From positions 4,960,001 to 5,024,000 of the forward strand of contig NC_090363.1 of the NCBI RefSeq assembly GCF_035084215.1: 64,000 nt of DNA, given 5' to 3'. A program made the translations under genes and the position numbers. Shown here piece by piece: positions 1 to 13,027 of this stretch. The notes under the pieces were generated by a model. It was not told the DNA's origin and did not search any database. It was given only the letters and a program-made list of their open reading frames with translations. This stretch comes from Heptranchias perlo (lineage: Eukaryota). Each line of letters starts with the position of its first letter. Within the stretch, counting starts at the first letter, position 1.

Positions 1-207
1 TTGTGCTCGTCTGGTGACTTCCCAAAAAGGGCTACTGGATGGTGATGAGCTGCAGGATCAATAGCTGACCTACTGCCCCCCCGCCTAAATTAGGGATACG
101 GAGCCCATTGATGTTGCACCAAATGAGATCAAGAAGGTCAGTACAGACTGGTCACTGAACCTGGGAACACCATGGTCTCCAGGGTTATATGGTACATCTG
201 ACTCTTG

Positions 208-652
208 TGTCAGCCGTGGCTCAGTGGGCAGTGCTCTCGTCATGGGTTCAAGTCCTACTCCAGAGTCTTGAGCACATAATCCAGGCTGACACTCCCAGTG
301 CAGCACTGAGAGAGCGCTGCACTGTTGGAGGTGCCGTCTTTCGGATGAGAAGTTAAACCGAGGCTCCGTCTGCCCTCTCAGGTGGATGCAAAAGATCCCA
401 TTTCGAAGAAGAGCAGTGAAGTTCTCCCCTGTGTCCTGGTCAATATTTATTCCTCAACCAACATCACTAAAACAGATTATCTGGTCATTATCCTGTTGCT
501 CTTCGTGGGACCTTGCTGTGCGCAAATTGACTGCCATGTTTTCTACATTACATCAGTGGCTACACTTCAAAAGTATACTTCATTGGCTGCAAAGTGCTTT
601 GGGATATCCTGAGGTTGTGAAAGGTGTTATATAAATGCAAGTTCTTTCTTTC
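208..652 (+). mobile_element. tRNA-derived DeuSINE (SacSINE1/AmnSINE-like)
   Basis: Pol III A box TGGCTCAGTGG and B box GGTTCAAGTCC; Deu-like core GGAGGTGCCGTCTTTCGGATGAG..TTAAACCGAGG; tail ATAAATGCAAGTTCTTTCTTT. Confidence 0.75.
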
Positions 653-2511
653 CCCAAAACCATTGGAGAGTTATGCCTACACCTTTGAATTATTTAAGGT
701 TAGAATGGCCATGCCATCCGTGTGAAATCCTTTCTGTTGTGCCTTCCCTGATTTCCAACCTGGACCTAACCTAGGAGATATTCCACGTTATTGGTCCATT
801 ATTGATTCCATTTTATGTAAGTGGGGATTAAATGGGTAGAGTCCATGTCCATGTAGAGCGTACATGGTCTTTAGAAGGAATGGGCTTAATGGGCGGAAAG
901 TCCACTTCTCGTTCCATACTTCCGTTTAGCCTTGGTGCTCGTCAGAAGCAGCTGAACAAAATGGCTATCGCAGGGTTTAGTTGTGTCTTGAACATTCTGC
1001 TGTTCACATTTAACTTCTTGTTGGACCACAAGTCATCCGTCTTAGTGCTCAGCCTGAACAACACTAAAAATTACCTTGTAAGCGAAGATGATTAATATTG
1101 GGCCCAGTATTACCTGTGCTGGTTACTAAGTAGATATCACATTATCTTCCATTTCTGTAATTGCTTTATCTGATTATGTATGCACCTTAAATTAACTGCA
1201 ACTCTTCTGTTTAAATGTTTACACTATCTAAGGAAGAGAAAATTGAGTAATTTGTACTTGAATAAAATCTACGTTTGATTGCAAAGTTCCTCATTTGCAT
1301 CATTTGTTCAAATTGGGGTGTGTGTGTATATAGAATCGTAGAATGACACAACACAGAAGGAGGCCATTCGGCCCAGTGTGCCTGTGCTAGCTGTTTGTCA
1401 GAACTATTCAATTAGTCCCATTCCCCCTGCTGTTCCCCCATAGCTCTGCAAATTTTTCCCTTTCATGTATTTATCCAATTCCCTTTTGAATGAATATATA
1501 AAACTGGAAAATATGTCTCTAATGGCTGAGAGTTTAACCAGTGAGTAACTGAACCACACAGACTGGGAAGGATCTTCACTATGTGCTAAGCCTTCTAATC
1601 TTGGCAGGGTTAGCAGTATGGGTGCTACAATCGGCCCCTAGGTTAGGAAGGGGAAGCTTCCACTCCTGTTTAGCGACCAGTGACTCTGTTTGAAAGGTGC
1701 ATGTGTTGATGTTGGATGAAAATTTAATGGGAGTCCTGTTGTGATGGCCCCTGGGTAAAACCATTGATGGCTAAGGCTGTTTTACTTTAAAATTGTTTAG
1801 GACATGCTTCTTTAACAATTGTGATTTTTGTATGCGAGTAGCACCAATGACACTTAAAAGTGAGCAAAGTTTTTCCTCCCAATGGTGTGTAAATCCCAAC
1901 TCATTTCCACCCTCCAGAAAGTGCTGTCCCCGATTTTGCAGCCACCCTCCACTACATTGCCAAAGCAATAAAGTTGTTGATTGTTATGTGATAACCACTT
2001 TTGTGTGGAGAAAGCTGGTTGGAGAACCTATCGGGTGCGTCTGGTCCTGATATTTGCAGGCCCAGGAGGTGAAAGATTACCAAACAACAATCAGTTGCAT
2101 TAATATAGAGCCTTTAACATAGTAAAACGGCCCAAGGCGCTTCACAGGATCAATTATCAGACAAAATTTGACACCAAGGCACATAGAGATATTAGGACAG
2201 GTGATAAAAAGCTTGGTCAAAGAGGTAGGTTTTAAGGAGTGTCTTAAAAGGAGGAGAGGTTTAGGGAGGGAATTCCAGGGCTTAGGGTTAGGCAGCTGAA
2301 GCCACCAATGGTGAATCGAAAGAAATCCACTACATGGAAGAGGCCAGAATTGGAGGAACGCAGAGAGCTCGGAGGGTTATCGGGCTGGAGGAGATTAGAG
2401 ATAGGGAGGGGCGAGGCCATGGAGGGATCTGAACACAAGAATGAGAATTTTAAGGCATTGGCGGAATGTGAGCACAGGGATGCTGGGTGAACGAGACTTA
2501 GTGCAAGGTAG

Positions 2512-3042
2512 GATACAGGAAGCAGAATTTTGGATGAGCTCAAGTTCATGGAGGGTGGAAAGTGGGAGGCCAGTATAGAGGCTGCATTGGAGTGTCAGCC
2601 TAGGTTATGCGCTCAAGTCTCTGGAGTGGGACGTTGAACCCACAACCTTCTGACCCAGAGGCGAGAGTGCTACCCACTGAATCACTGCTGGCCAAAGTGA
2701 TGCAGCGTATGTAAAATAGGAGATGGTAGCAGAGGTTGCTCTCAAGAAGCAAGCCAAACCCCATCATGGCTTTGCAGACAATGGTGGGGGATTATACAGT
2801 CATCACTGCCGTGAAGGGGTCAGGGTTTGCGCTAGGCTTGCCAACCCTGGTCGGAGGCATTCCTGGTTTCAGTACATGACGTCCTGCCTCGCACTGTCCT
2901 GCCCCCACCATTGATAACCTAACACGTCCATCCTCACGATACAGGAAGCAGAGTTTTGGATGAGCTCAAGTTCACGGAGGGTGGAAAGTGGGAGGCCAGT
3001 ATAGAGGCTGCATTGGAGTGTCAGCCTAGGTTATGCGCTCAA
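2512..3042 (+). repeat. 105-bp direct duplication (2512-2616 and 2938-3042)
   Basis: GATACAGGAAGCAGA...TAGGTTATGCGCTCAA occurs twice, with about 2 mismatches. Confidence 0.9.
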
Positions 3043-3271
3043 ACAGACTCTTCATGACTCAACTAGATGGTTCTTGACTGTCAAACAGCTTGTTTTTCCC
3101 CCAACTCCTATATTTTTATAACTAATAAACAAAAGCTCAAAGAAAATGAAAATATCCGACAATTTTTTCAATGCCCCTATGATTCCTCCCCCCAAGTGTT
3201 ATTGCAGCAGTGTCCAGGAGATTAATCTTCAATTCCTGGAGACTCCAGACCAATCCTGGAGAGTTGGCAAC
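2834..3271. mobile_element. Putative MITE / non-autonomous DNA transposon
   Basis: Imperfect terminal inverted repeats CTTGCCAACCCTGG ... CCTGGAGAGTTGGCAAC. Confidence 0.45.
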
Positions 3272-3430
3272 GGCTGGTTGGTGCTGAGAGCGGCCTCGGC
3301 ACCGTCTCCTCTTCCATCTGCGGTCCTTAATGTCCCGATGCCGCTGACACCGCAGCAGATCAAAGCCCACAGTCCTGTCCCCGCCATCCTCTCCCTTTCC
3401 CTCCGCTCCTCCCTCTCCCCGAATCCCGGG

Positions 3431-3649
3431 TGAAACTTCTCGCTCTTTCCAGAAGTTTCTCCCCCGGGCTCGCCCCTTCCAGAAGCCTCTCGGCCTCTCG
3501 CGGACTCACCGCGCTGCGATTGGCCGCGGGCCTCAGAACGTTCCCGAACGTCCGACGGTGAGGTCACCGAGCGGCGCTCTGATTGGTCCGCGTCGCCGTC
3601 CATCACCGGTCGGGCGCCGCCCACCCCGCGTCGCTGAGACTATTTAAAG
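3431..3649 (+). promoter_or_regulatory. HSP70 copy 1 promoter: several HSEs, inverted CCAAT boxes, GC-rich, TATA-like box
   Basis: nGAAn arrays tGAAacTTCt (3431), tTTCcaGAAgtTTCt (3446-3460), cTTCcaGAAg (3476) and aGAAcgTTCccGAAc (3535-3549); ATTGG near 3519 and 3582; TATTTAAAG at 3641-3649. Confidence 0.9.
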
Positions 3650-3775
3650 GGGGAGCTGAGAGCAGGAGCGACAATCGAGTGGAGAAGAGACCGGTTGGCA
3701 GCTCGATTATTACCAGCAGAAGACTCGGCTGTAGCTGCACAAGGGACTCAATTAGGCGACTTTATCCAGAGAAAG

Positions 3776-5698
3776 ATGCCTGTAGCCAAGGGAACAGCCA
3801 TTGGTATTGACCTGGGTACCACTTACTCCTGCGTGGGGGTCTTCCAACATGGCAAGGTGGAGATCATCGCCAATGACCAGGGAAACCGCACCACCCCCAG
3901 CTACGTGGCCTTCAACGACACCGAGAGGCTCATCGGGGATGCGGCCAAGAACCAGGTGGCTCTGAACCCACCCAACACCGTCTTTGATGCCAAGAGGCTG
4001 ATCGGGAGGAAATTCGATGACCCAGTGGTCCAGTCTGACATGAAACACTGGCCTTTTGAGGTGGTGAGTGATGCAGGGAAACCCAAGGTGAAGGTTGAGT
4101 ACAAGGGTGAGGATAAAACCTTTTACCCCGAGGAAATCTCTTCCATGGTGCTGACGAAGATGAAGGAAACAGCTGAGGCTTACCTGGGCCACACTGTCAC
4201 CAATGCTGTTATCACCGTGCCGGCTTACTTCAATGATTCTCAGCGCCAGGCGACCAAAGACGCCGGTGTGATCGCTGGTCTCAACGTCCTCCGTGTCATC
4301 AATGAACCAACTGCAGCTGCCATTGCTTACGGCCTAGACAAGAAGGGCAGAGGGGAGCGCAATGTTCTCATCTTTGACTTGGGTGGTGGAACCTTCGACG
4401 TGTCTATTCTCACCATTGACGACGGTATCTTTGAAGTGAAATCGACGGCCGGTGACACCCACTTGGGGGGAGAGGACTTTGACAATCGCTTGGTCAACCA
4501 CTTCATCGAGGAGTTCAAGCGTAAATACAAGAAGGACATCCGTGGGAACAAGAGGGCGGTCAGGAGGCTGAGGACAGCCTGCGAGAGAGCAAAGAGAACC
4601 CTGTCTTCCAGCACCCAAGCCAGTATCGAGATTGACTCTCTGTTTGAAGGCGTAGACTTCTACACCTCCATCACCAGGGCTCGGTTTGAGGAGCTCAATT
4701 CCGACCTGTTCAGAGGCACTCTGGAGCCAGTGGAGAAAGCTCTGAGAGACGCCAAGTTGGACAAATCACAGATCCATGACGTTGTCTTGGTCGGGGGCTC
4801 CACCCGAATCCCCAAGATTCAGAAACTGCTGCAAGATTTCTTCAACGGCAGGGAGCTGAACAGAAGCATCAATCCCGACGAGGCCGTGGCCTATGGGGCA
4901 GCCGTACAAGCGGCTGTTCTGATGGGGGACAAGTCGGAGAATGTTCAGGATCTGCTTCTCCTGGACGTCGCTGCTCTGTCTCTGGGTCTGGAGACAGCAG
5001 GAGGGGTCATGACCACACTCATCAAGCGTAACACCACCATTCCCAGCAAGCAAACACAGAACTTCAGCACCTACTCTGATAACCAGCTTGGTGTCCTTAT
5101 TCAGGTCTATGAAGGCGAGAGAGCCATGACCAAGGACAACAATCTACTGGGCAAATTCGAGTTGAGTGGCATCGCTCCTGCACCTCGCGGAGTGCCGCAG
5201 ATTGAGGTCACCTTTGACATTGACGCCAATGGCATCCTAAATGTTTCTGCTGTTGACAAGAGCACTGGCAAAACAAACAAGATTACCATCACCAATGACA
5301 AGGGCAGGCTGAGTAAGGAGGAAATTGAGAGAATGCTGCAGGATGCAGAAAAGTACAAAACTGACGATGAAGTCCAGCGGCAGAAAATCGCAGCCAAGAA
5401 CTCCCTGGAGTCCTATGCCTTCAATATGAAGAGTGCAGTGGAGGATGAGAATGTGAGAAGCAAGATCAGTGAGGAAGACCAGAAGAAGATCATTGACCAG
5501 TGCAACCAGGCAATATTGTGGCTGGAGAACAATCAGATGGCAGAGAAGGAGGAGTTTGAGCACCAGCTGAAAGAGCTGGAAAAACTCTGCCAACCCATCA
5601 TTGCCAATCTGTACCAAGGAGGAGCAGCAGGGGGATCTTGCAGAGCCCAGGCTGGAAAAGCCACTTCCACAGGTCCAACTGTGGAGGAGGTGGATTAA
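3776..5698 (+). CDS. hsp70: Heat shock protein 70, inducible HSPA1-like, copy 1 (intronless, 640 aa)
   Basis: ORF carries [20 protein letters not shown] and [13 protein letters not shown] and ends in EEVD. First ATG is at 3776 (the ORF track starts at an upstream TTG). AATAAA at 6124-6129. Confidence 0.97.
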   Translation: MPVAKGTAIGIDLGTTYSCVGVFQHGKVEIIANDQGNRTTPSYVAFNDTERLIGDAAKNQVALNPPNTVFDAKRLIGRKFDDPVVQSDMKHWPFEVVSDAGKPKVKVEYKGEDKTFYPEEISSMVLTKMKETAEAYLGHTVTNAVITVPAYFNDSQRQATKDAGVIAGLNVLRVINEPTAAAIAYGLDKKGRGERNVLIFDLGGGTFDVSILTIDDGIFEVKSTAGDTHLGGEDFDNRLVNHFIEEFKRKYKKDIRGNKRAVRRLRTACERAKRTLSSSTQASIEIDSLFEGVDFYTSITRARFEELNSDLFRGTLEPVEKALRDAKLDKSQIHDVVLVGGSTRIPKIQKLLQDFFNGRELNRSINPDEAVAYGAAVQAAVLMGDKSENVQDLLLLDVAALSLGLETAGGVMTTLIKRNTTIPSKQTQNFSTYSDNQLGVLIQVYEGERAMTKDNNLLGKFELSGIAPAPRGVPQIEVTFDIDANGILNVSAVDKSTGKTNKITITNDKGRLSKEEIERMLQDAEKYKTDDEVQRQKIAAKNSLESYAFNMKSAVEDENVRSKISEEDQKKIIDQCNQAILWLENNQMAEKEEFEHQLKELEKLCQPIIANLYQGGAAGGSCRAQAGKATSTGPTVEEVD

Positions 5699-6605
5699 AA
5701 AGGACTGTAAATCTTTTGGAATCCAAGAAGCCACAATTTTTGAACTCTTCACTTATATTTCTCTGATGCACTGTTATATTTACGGGAGCCTATGACTGAC
5801 AGTGGAGGACATCGCTGTGATAGATGCTGTCATGTAGACACTGAGCGATCTCTTTCAACTGTAATAGCACAATTATGATGACAGTGCCTTTTGTTAGCTG
5901 TCCTGTAGCTTTGTTATGCTGTCTTGTCTAAATTTAAATAACTTGATGTATTGATTTGCCGATTTCTTATCGACAAGGGTCAGGGTATTTAGTATCTTGG
6001 TGTTTTTGAACAGAGGTATTCTTGTACAAATAAGAACTTTACTTTTTGTTAGGTGTTTAATCCTTTTATACTTTTGATGCTTGTAACTGACTTGTTGACA
6101 GCTGGACTGATTTTTAAAAATCTAATAAAAAGTTTATTTATTTATTTGTGGTGCTTTGGGCCAGTGAATCTCCTTTTCCATATATATTTATATATGCGCT
6201 TTGAAATATTGGTCTGTGTTTCTATGTTTTGCCACTGAAAACTCACTTCTCAATTTCCCACATAAGTTTAACACTCTTGCCATGGTGAGGAGCCATTAGA
6301 AACAAAGAACTTGCATTTATATAGCACCTTTCGTGACCTCAGGATGTCCCAAAGCGCTTTGAAGCCTATGTTGTACTGTTCTTAGAAGTCAATTAATAAA
6401 AAGAAATTCTAACAGAACTTGAAAATAAACTTAATTAGCAGAAAAATTACACAGGGAAAAAAACTGCTTGGCATAATTTAAATGATTTTAGAAAGATGCC
6501 AGAGAAACTCCATGATGTGCAAGGCCAAGGATATTGTTTTCTACCCCAAAGTAATCACACTGGACTGGATCTCTCAGTCCAGTTAAAACATTTATACAAG
6601 TGTAA

Positions 6606-7110
6606 ATGTGCCCTGCTGCCCGTATCCTAACTCACAGCAAGTCCTGTTCACATCATCACCTAACTACACTGACCAACATTGGTTCCTGGTCCAGCAACAC
6701 TTCGATATTAAAATGCTTATGCTTGTGTTCAAATCCTTGCGTGGCCTCGCCCCCCCCCGCCCGCCCCTCTCCCTATCTCTGTAACCTCCTCCAGCCCTAC
6801 AACCCTCCGAGATCTCTGCGTCCCTCCAATTCTGGCCTCTTGCGCATCCCCGATTTTAATTGCTCCACCATTGGCGGCCGTGCCTTCAGCTGTGTAGGCC
6901 GTGAGCTTTGGAATTCCCTCCCTAAACCTCTCAACCTCTCCTCCTTTAAGAAGTTCCTTATAACCTACCTCTTTGACCAAGCTTTTGGTCACCTGCCCTA
7001 ATATCTCTTTATGTGGCTCGGTGTCAATTTTTGTTTGATTACGCTCCTGTGAAACTCCTTGTGATGTTTTACCACGTTAAAGGCGCTATATAAATGCAAG
7101 TTGTTGTTGC
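6606..7110 (+). mobile_element. L2-like LINE 3' fragment (related copies at about 2090-2570 -, 10210-10520 -, 37900-38120 -, 52160-52480 -)
   Basis: AARILT...YL.NLLQPYNPPRSLR.SNSGLL.IP....TIGGRAFS....LWNSLP...FKK.L.TYLF, typical of the L2 ORF2 C-terminus. Confidence 0.72.
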
Positions 7111-7571
7111 ACTGGTCAAAAGTACAATATTCATGCAAGCACACCATTGGCACATTATCAGATGCTGTCTGCTGTTCAGAGCTTTGAAGCAAATCAAACC
7201 AAACCAACAGGAACCAATCTTACTGGATGGTACATATTTATCTAATTTATCTGAGCTCTGCAAACAATCTCTAAGTACTTTGCCATTACTCAGCCAGGAG
7301 CATTGTCTGACTTGTGAGCCAGCTCCGCCTCCTATTAAAACAGCCGCTGCTCTGTTCCTGCTAAAGGTCGGCTGAACGATCACTCTCAAGACACCACAGA
7401 ACCAGCAAGTTTCATCAGCACAGGTCTGAAGCATCACTTCCCCTGCCTCGACAGCAGGCGGGCACTGTTGCACTCTGCACCAGTTCACCAAAAAGTGCAG
7501 TCAATGCCAGGAGGTAATAAGGCAATTACAGAGCCCTATGGGTCCTGCCACCTCGAAAGCAGAACAAGATT

Positions 7572-8780
7572 TTTTTTTTTATTCATTCATGGGATGTGGG
7601 CATCGCTGGCGAGGCCAGCATTTATTGCCCATCCCTAATTGCCCTTGAGAAGGTGGTGGTGAGCCGCCTGTGTGGTGAAGGTTCTCCCACAGTGCTGTTA
7701 GGAAGGGAGTTCCAGGATTTTGACCCAGCGACGATGAAGGAACGGCGATATATTTCCAAGTCGGGATGGTGGGTGACTTGGAGGGGAACATGCAGGTGGT
7801 GTTGTTCCCATGTGCCTGCTGCTCTTGTCCTTCCAGGTGGTAGAGGTTGTGGGTTTGGGAGGTGCTGTCGAAGAAGCCTTGGCGAGTTGCTGCAGTGCAT
7901 CCTGTGGATGGTACACACTGCAGCCACAGTGCGCCGGTGGTGAAGGGAGTGAATGTTTAGGGTGGTGGATGGGGTGCCAATCAAGTGGGCTGTTTTGTCC
8001 GAGATGATGTCGAGCTTCTTGAGTGTTATTGGAGCTGCACTCATCCAGGCAAGTGGAGAGTATTCCATCACACTCCTGACTTGTGCCTTGTAGATGGTGG
8101 AAAGGCTTTGGGGAGTCAGGAGGTGAGTCACTCGCCACAGAATACCCAGCCTCCGACCTGCTCTTGTAACCACGGTATTTATATGGCTGGTCCAGTTAAG
8201 TTTCTGGTCAGTGGTGACCCTCAGGATGTTGATGGTGGGGGATTCAGCGATGGTAATGCCATTGAATGTCAAGGGGAGTTGGTTAGACACTCTATTGTTG
8301 GAGATAGTCATTGCCTGGCACTTGTCTGGCGCGAATGTTATTTGCCACTTTTGAGCCCAAGCTTGGATGTTGTCCAGGTCTTGCTGCATGCGGGCACGGA
8401 CTGCTTCATTATCTGAGGGGTTTCGAATGGAACTGAACACTGTGCAATCATCAGCGAACATCCCCATTTCTGACCTTATGATGGAGGGAAGGTCATTGAT
8501 GAAGCAGCTGAAGATGTTTGGGCCTCGGACACTCCCTTGAGGAACTCCTGCAGCAATGTCCTGGGGCTGAGATGATTGGCCTCCAACAACCACTACCATC
8601 TTCCTTTGTGCAAGGTATGACTCCAGCCACTGGAGAGTTTTCCCCCTGATTCCCATTGACTTCAATTTTACTAGGGCTCCTTGGTGCCACACTCGGTCAA
8701 ATGCTGCCTTGATGTCGAGGGCAGTCACTATCACCTCACCTCTGGAATTCAGCTCTTTTGTCCATGTTTGTTCTGCTTCG
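7572..8780 (-). mobile_element. CR1-clade LINE (second family), 5'-truncated, poly(A) tail, 22-bp TSD
   Basis: 370-aa RT ORF (DIKAAFDRVWH, GVPQGSV, MFADD). TSD ACCTCGAAAGCAGAACAAGATT at 7550-7571 and 8781-8802. Confidence 0.9.
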
Positions 8781-9059
8781 ACCTCGAAAGCAGAACAAGA
8801 TTCCTAGATACTTCTGCTGCCAGACTCTAGGAACTAGGCTCTGGAGTTGCCTGCCTAAACGTCTCCACCTCTCCAAATCTCCCTCCTCCTTTAGGACATG
8901 GGAACAACACCACCTGCATGTTCCCCTCTAAGTCACACACCATCCCGACTTGGAAATATATCGACGTTCCTTCATCGTCGCTGGGTCAAAATCCTGGAAC
9001 TCCCTTCCTACCTCAAGGTGCTCATTGGTTCAGCAGGAGCAATGTTTGATCTGAAGACT

Positions 9060-9610
9060 CAGCCTTGGCTGAGTGGCAGCCTCTGACTCCAGAAGGTCGT
9101 GTGTTCAAGCCCCACTCCAGAGACCTGAGCCCATCATCTAGGCTGACACTCCAGATGCTAGTGCTGAGGGAGGGCTGCACTGTCGGGGGGTGGGGGGGGG
9201 GGGGCGTCTTTCGGATAAGATATTAAACTAACTGAGATGCCATCTGCTCCCTCAGCTGGACGTAAAAGATCCCATGGCACTATCCGAAGAAGGGCAGGGG
9301 AATTCTCCTTGGTGATCTGGCCAATATTTGTCCCTCAACCAACATCACTGAAAAAACAGATTATCTGCTCATTTATCTCATTGCAGTTAGTGGGATCTCG
9401 CTGTGTGCAAATTGGCTGCTGAATTTCCTTACATTTTGAAGTGACCACACTTCGAAGAAGAACTTGCATTTATATAGCGCCTTTCACAACCTCAGGATGT
9501 CGCAAAGGTGCTTTACGGCCATCTTTCAAAAGTACCTCAATGTCTGTGAAGCACTTTTCTGACATTCTGAGTTCATGAGAGGTGCTTTATATAAGGGCAA
9601 GGCTTTCTTT
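9060..9610 (+). mobile_element. DeuSINE copy (other partial copies at about 2575-2690 -, 9905-10080 +, 27180-27310 -)
   Basis: Colinear similarity to 208-652. Confidence 0.72.
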
Positions 9611-10759
9611 AACGTAGTTCTTGACTGTCTTCCCCACTTGGACCATTCATCTCATTCCTGCGCTGTATCCTAACCACTTCTAGGTGTTTGTCTACAATGG
9701 AAAGGGTCCTCGGGAGCTCCCAGTGTTGCCACTCCTAAATACTATCCAGTGACATTGTTCAGATTGCATGTACATGGACGGAGAGTGAGAGCAGGATCAA
9801 GCACAGCTTGACATGCTCACACATGAAAAAGGCCCACTTGGGGTAAGGCACCAGAGGTGCCATCAGTACCCATGGAATTTGACACCATCACCTTGAGGAG
9901 AGGTGACAGCCTTGGCACAGTGGGTAGCACTTTCGCCTCGGAGTCTGAAACTTTTGGGTTTAAGTCCCAATCCAGAGACTTGAGCACAAAATGCTGGCTG
10001 ACACTCCCAGTGCAGTACTGAGGGAGTGCTGCATTGTCAGAGGCGCCGTCTTTCGGATGAGATGTTAAAACGAGGCCCCTTTGATTGCTATGTGGTGCCC
10101 ACTCCTGTGTGCGAAGAAAGTTGGTTGGAGAACCGCTTGGATGCGTCTGGTCCTGCACTTTACCAGGCATGATATTTCCAGGCCCAAGAGGTGAAAGATT
10201 ACCAAACAACAACAACTTGTATTAATAAAAAGCCTTTAACGTAGTAAAACGTCCCAGGGCGCTTCACCGCAGTGCTATCAGGCAAAATTTGTCACTGAAC
10301 CACATAAAGAGATATTGGGACAGGTGACCAAAGAGGTAGGTTTTAAGAAGCATGGGTTTTAAGGAGGACAGAGAAGTAGAGTGGCGGAGAGGTTTAGGGA
10401 AGGAATTCCAGAGCTTAGGACCGAGACAGATGAAGGCACGGCCGCAAATGGTGGAACGATGAAAATCGGGGATGTGCAAGCTGCAAGAATTGGAGGAGCG
10501 CAGAGATCTTGGAGGTGCCAGTGAGGAAAATGCAAACTTCTTTCCCTTTTTCCTTTCTGCTTCCCAGGTGAGCTCAGGGGTTCGACATGAAACCTCCCCA
10601 ATGCCCCCAGTCACTGCCGGCCAAAGTCATGCCCTGGGGGTAAAGTGGGAGAGGGTGGCAGAGGCGCCTCTCAGCAACCCCCAGCTGATCAAAGCCCAGA
10701 GTCCTGTCCCCGCCATCCTCTCCCTTTCCCTCCGCTCCTCCCTCTCCCCGGATCCCGGG

Positions 10760-10978
10760 TGAAACTTCTCGCTCTTTCCAGAAGTTTCTCCCCCGCTCTC
10801 GCCGCTTCCAGAAGCCTCTCGGCCTCTCGCGGACTCGCCGCGCTGCGATTGGCCGCGGGCCTCAGAACGTTCCCGAACGTCCGACGGTGAGGTCACCGAG
10901 CGACGCTCTGATTGGTCCGCGTCGCCGTCCATCACCGGTCGGGCGCCGCCCACCCCGCGTCGCTGAGACTATTTAAAG
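10760..10978 (+). promoter_or_regulatory. HSP70 copy 2 promoter, near-identical to copy 1
   Basis: Same HSE array (aGAAcgTTCccGAAc at 10864-10878), CCAAT boxes and TATTTAAAG (10970-10978). Confidence 0.9.
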
Positions 10979-11104
10979 GGGGAGCTGAGAGCAGGAGCGA
11001 CAATCGAGTGGAGAAGAGACCGGTTGGCAGCTCGATTATTACCAGCAGAAGACTCGGCTGTAGCTGCACAAGGGACTCAATTAGGCGACTTTATCCAGAG
11101 AAAG

Positions 11105-13027
11105 ATGCCTGTAGCCAAGGGAACAGCCATTGGTATTGACCTGGGTACCACTTACTCCTGCGTGGGGGTCTTCCAACATGGCAAGGTGGAGATCATCGCC
11201 AATGACCAGGGAAACCGCACCACCCCCAGCTACGTGGCCTTCAACGACACCGAGAGGCTCATCGGGGATGCGGCCAAGAACCAGGTGGCTCTGAACCCAC
11301 CCAACACCGTCTTTGATGCCAAGAGGCTGATCGGGAGGAAATTCGATGACCCAGTGGTCCAGTCTGACATGAAACACTGGCCTTTCGAGGTGGTGAGTGA
11401 TGCAGGGAAACCCAAGGTGAAGGTTGAGTACAAGGGTGAGGATAAAACCTTTTACCCCGAGGAAATCTCTTCCATGGTGCTGACGAAGATGAAGGAAACA
11501 GCTGAGGCTTACCTGGGCCACACTGTCACCAATGCTGTTATCACCGTGCCGGCTTACTTCAATGATTCTCAGCGCCAGGCGACCAAAGACGCCGGTGTGA
11601 TCGCTGGTCTCAACGTCCTCCGTGTCATCAATGAACCAACTGCAGCTGCCATTGCTTACGGCCTAGACAAGAAGGGCAGAGGGGAGCGCAATGTTCTCAT
11701 CTTTGACTTGGGTGGTGGAACCTTCGACGTGTCTATTCTCACCATTGACGACGGTATCTTTGAAGTGAAATCGACGGCCGGTGACACCCACTTGGGGGGA
11801 GAGGACTTTGACAATCGCTTGGTCAACCACTTCATCGAGGAGTTCAAGCGCAAATACAAGAAGGACATCCGTGGGAACAAGAGGGCGGTCAGGAGGCTGA
11901 GGACAGCCTGCGAGAGAGCAAAGAGAACCCTGTCTTCCAGCACCCAAGCCAGTATCGAGATTGACTCTCTGTTTGAAGGCGTAGACTTCTACACCTCCAT
12001 CACCAGGGCTCGGTTTGAGGAGCTCAATTCCGACCTGTTCAGAGGCACTCTGGAGCCAGTGGAGAAAGCTCTGAGAGACGCCAAGTTGGACAAATCACAG
12101 ATCCATGACGTTGTCTTGGTCGGGGGCTCCACCCGAATCCCCAAGATTCAGAAACTGCTGCAAGATTTCTTCAACGGCAGGGAGCTGAACAGAAGCATCA
12201 ACCCCGACGAGGCCGTGGCCTATGGGGCAGCCGTACAAGCGGCTGTTCTGATGGGGGACAAGTCGGAGAATGTTCAGGATCTGCTTCTCCTGGACGTCGC
12301 TGCTCTGTCTCTGGGTCTGGAGACGGCAGGAGGGGTCATGACCACACTCATCAAGCGTAACACCACCATTCCCAGCAAGCAAACGCAGAACTTCAGCACC
12401 TACTCTGATAACCAGCCTGGTGTCCTTATTCAGGTCTATGAAGGCGAGAGAGCCATGACCAAGGACAACAATCTACTGGGCAAATTCGAGTTGAGTGGCA
12501 TCGCTCCTGCACCTCGCGGAGTGCCGCAGATTGAGGTCACCTTTGACATTGACGCCAATGGCATCCTAAATGTTTCTGCTGTTGACAAGAGCACTGGCAA
12601 AACAAACAAGATTACCATCACCAATGACAAGGGCAGGCTGAGTAAGGAGGAAATTGAGAGAATGCTGCAGGATGCAGAAAAGTACAAAACTGACGATGAA
12701 GTCCAGCGGCAGAAAATCGCAGCCAAGAACTCCCTGGAGTCCTACACCTTCAATATGAAGAGTGCAGTGGAGGATGAGAATGTGAGAAACAAGATCAGTG
12801 AGGAAGACCAGAAGAAGATCATTGACCAGTGCAACCAGGCAATATTGTGGCTGGAGAACAATCAGATGGCAGAGAAGGAGGAGTTTGAGCACCAGCTGAA
12901 AGAGCTGGAAAAACTCTGCCAACCCATCATTGCCAATCTGTACCAAGGAGGAGCAGCAGGGGGATCTTGCAGAGCCCAGGCTGGAAAAGCCACTTCCACA
13001 GGTCCAACTGTGGAGGAGGTGGATTAA
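11105..13027 (+). CDS. hsp70: Heat shock protein 70, inducible HSPA1-like, copy 2 (intronless, 640 aa)
   Basis: Same HSP70 signatures as copy 1; I see 3 amino-acid differences between them. AATAAA at 13357-13362. Confidence 0.97.
   Translation: MPVAKGTAIGIDLGTTYSCVGVFQHGKVEIIANDQGNRTTPSYVAFNDTERLIGDAAKNQVALNPPNTVFDAKRLIGRKFDDPVVQSDMKHWPFEVVSDAGKPKVKVEYKGEDKTFYPEEISSMVLTKMKETAEAYLGHTVTNAVITVPAYFNDSQRQATKDAGVIAGLNVLRVINEPTAAAIAYGLDKKGRGERNVLIFDLGGGTFDVSILTIDDGIFEVKSTAGDTHLGGEDFDNRLVNHFIEEFKRKYKKDIRGNKRAVRRLRTACERAKRTLSSSTQASIEIDSLFEGVDFYTSITRARFEELNSDLFRGTLEPVEKALRDAKLDKSQIHDVVLVGGSTRIPKIQKLLQDFFNGRELNRSINPDEAVAYGAAVQAAVLMGDKSENVQDLLLLDVAALSLGLETAGGVMTTLIKRNTTIPSKQTQNFSTYSDNQPGVLIQVYEGERAMTKDNNLLGKFELSGIAPAPRGVPQIEVTFDIDANGILNVSAVDKSTGKTNKITITNDKGRLSKEEIERMLQDAEKYKTDDEVQRQKIAAKNSLESYTFNMKSAVEDENVRNKISEEDQKKIIDQCNQAILWLENNQMAEKEEFEHQLKELEKLCQPIIANLYQGGAAGGSCRAQAGKATSTGPTVEEVD

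Noticed and set aside
208-270. tRNA-like A and B boxes
   Set aside because: They are SINE heads and do not form a complete cloverleaf.
3695-3775. 27-aa N-terminal extension of HSP70 copies 1 and 2 in the ORF track
   Set aside because: It begins at TTG in the 5'UTR; the first ATG (3776 and 11105) matches the normal HSP70 start.
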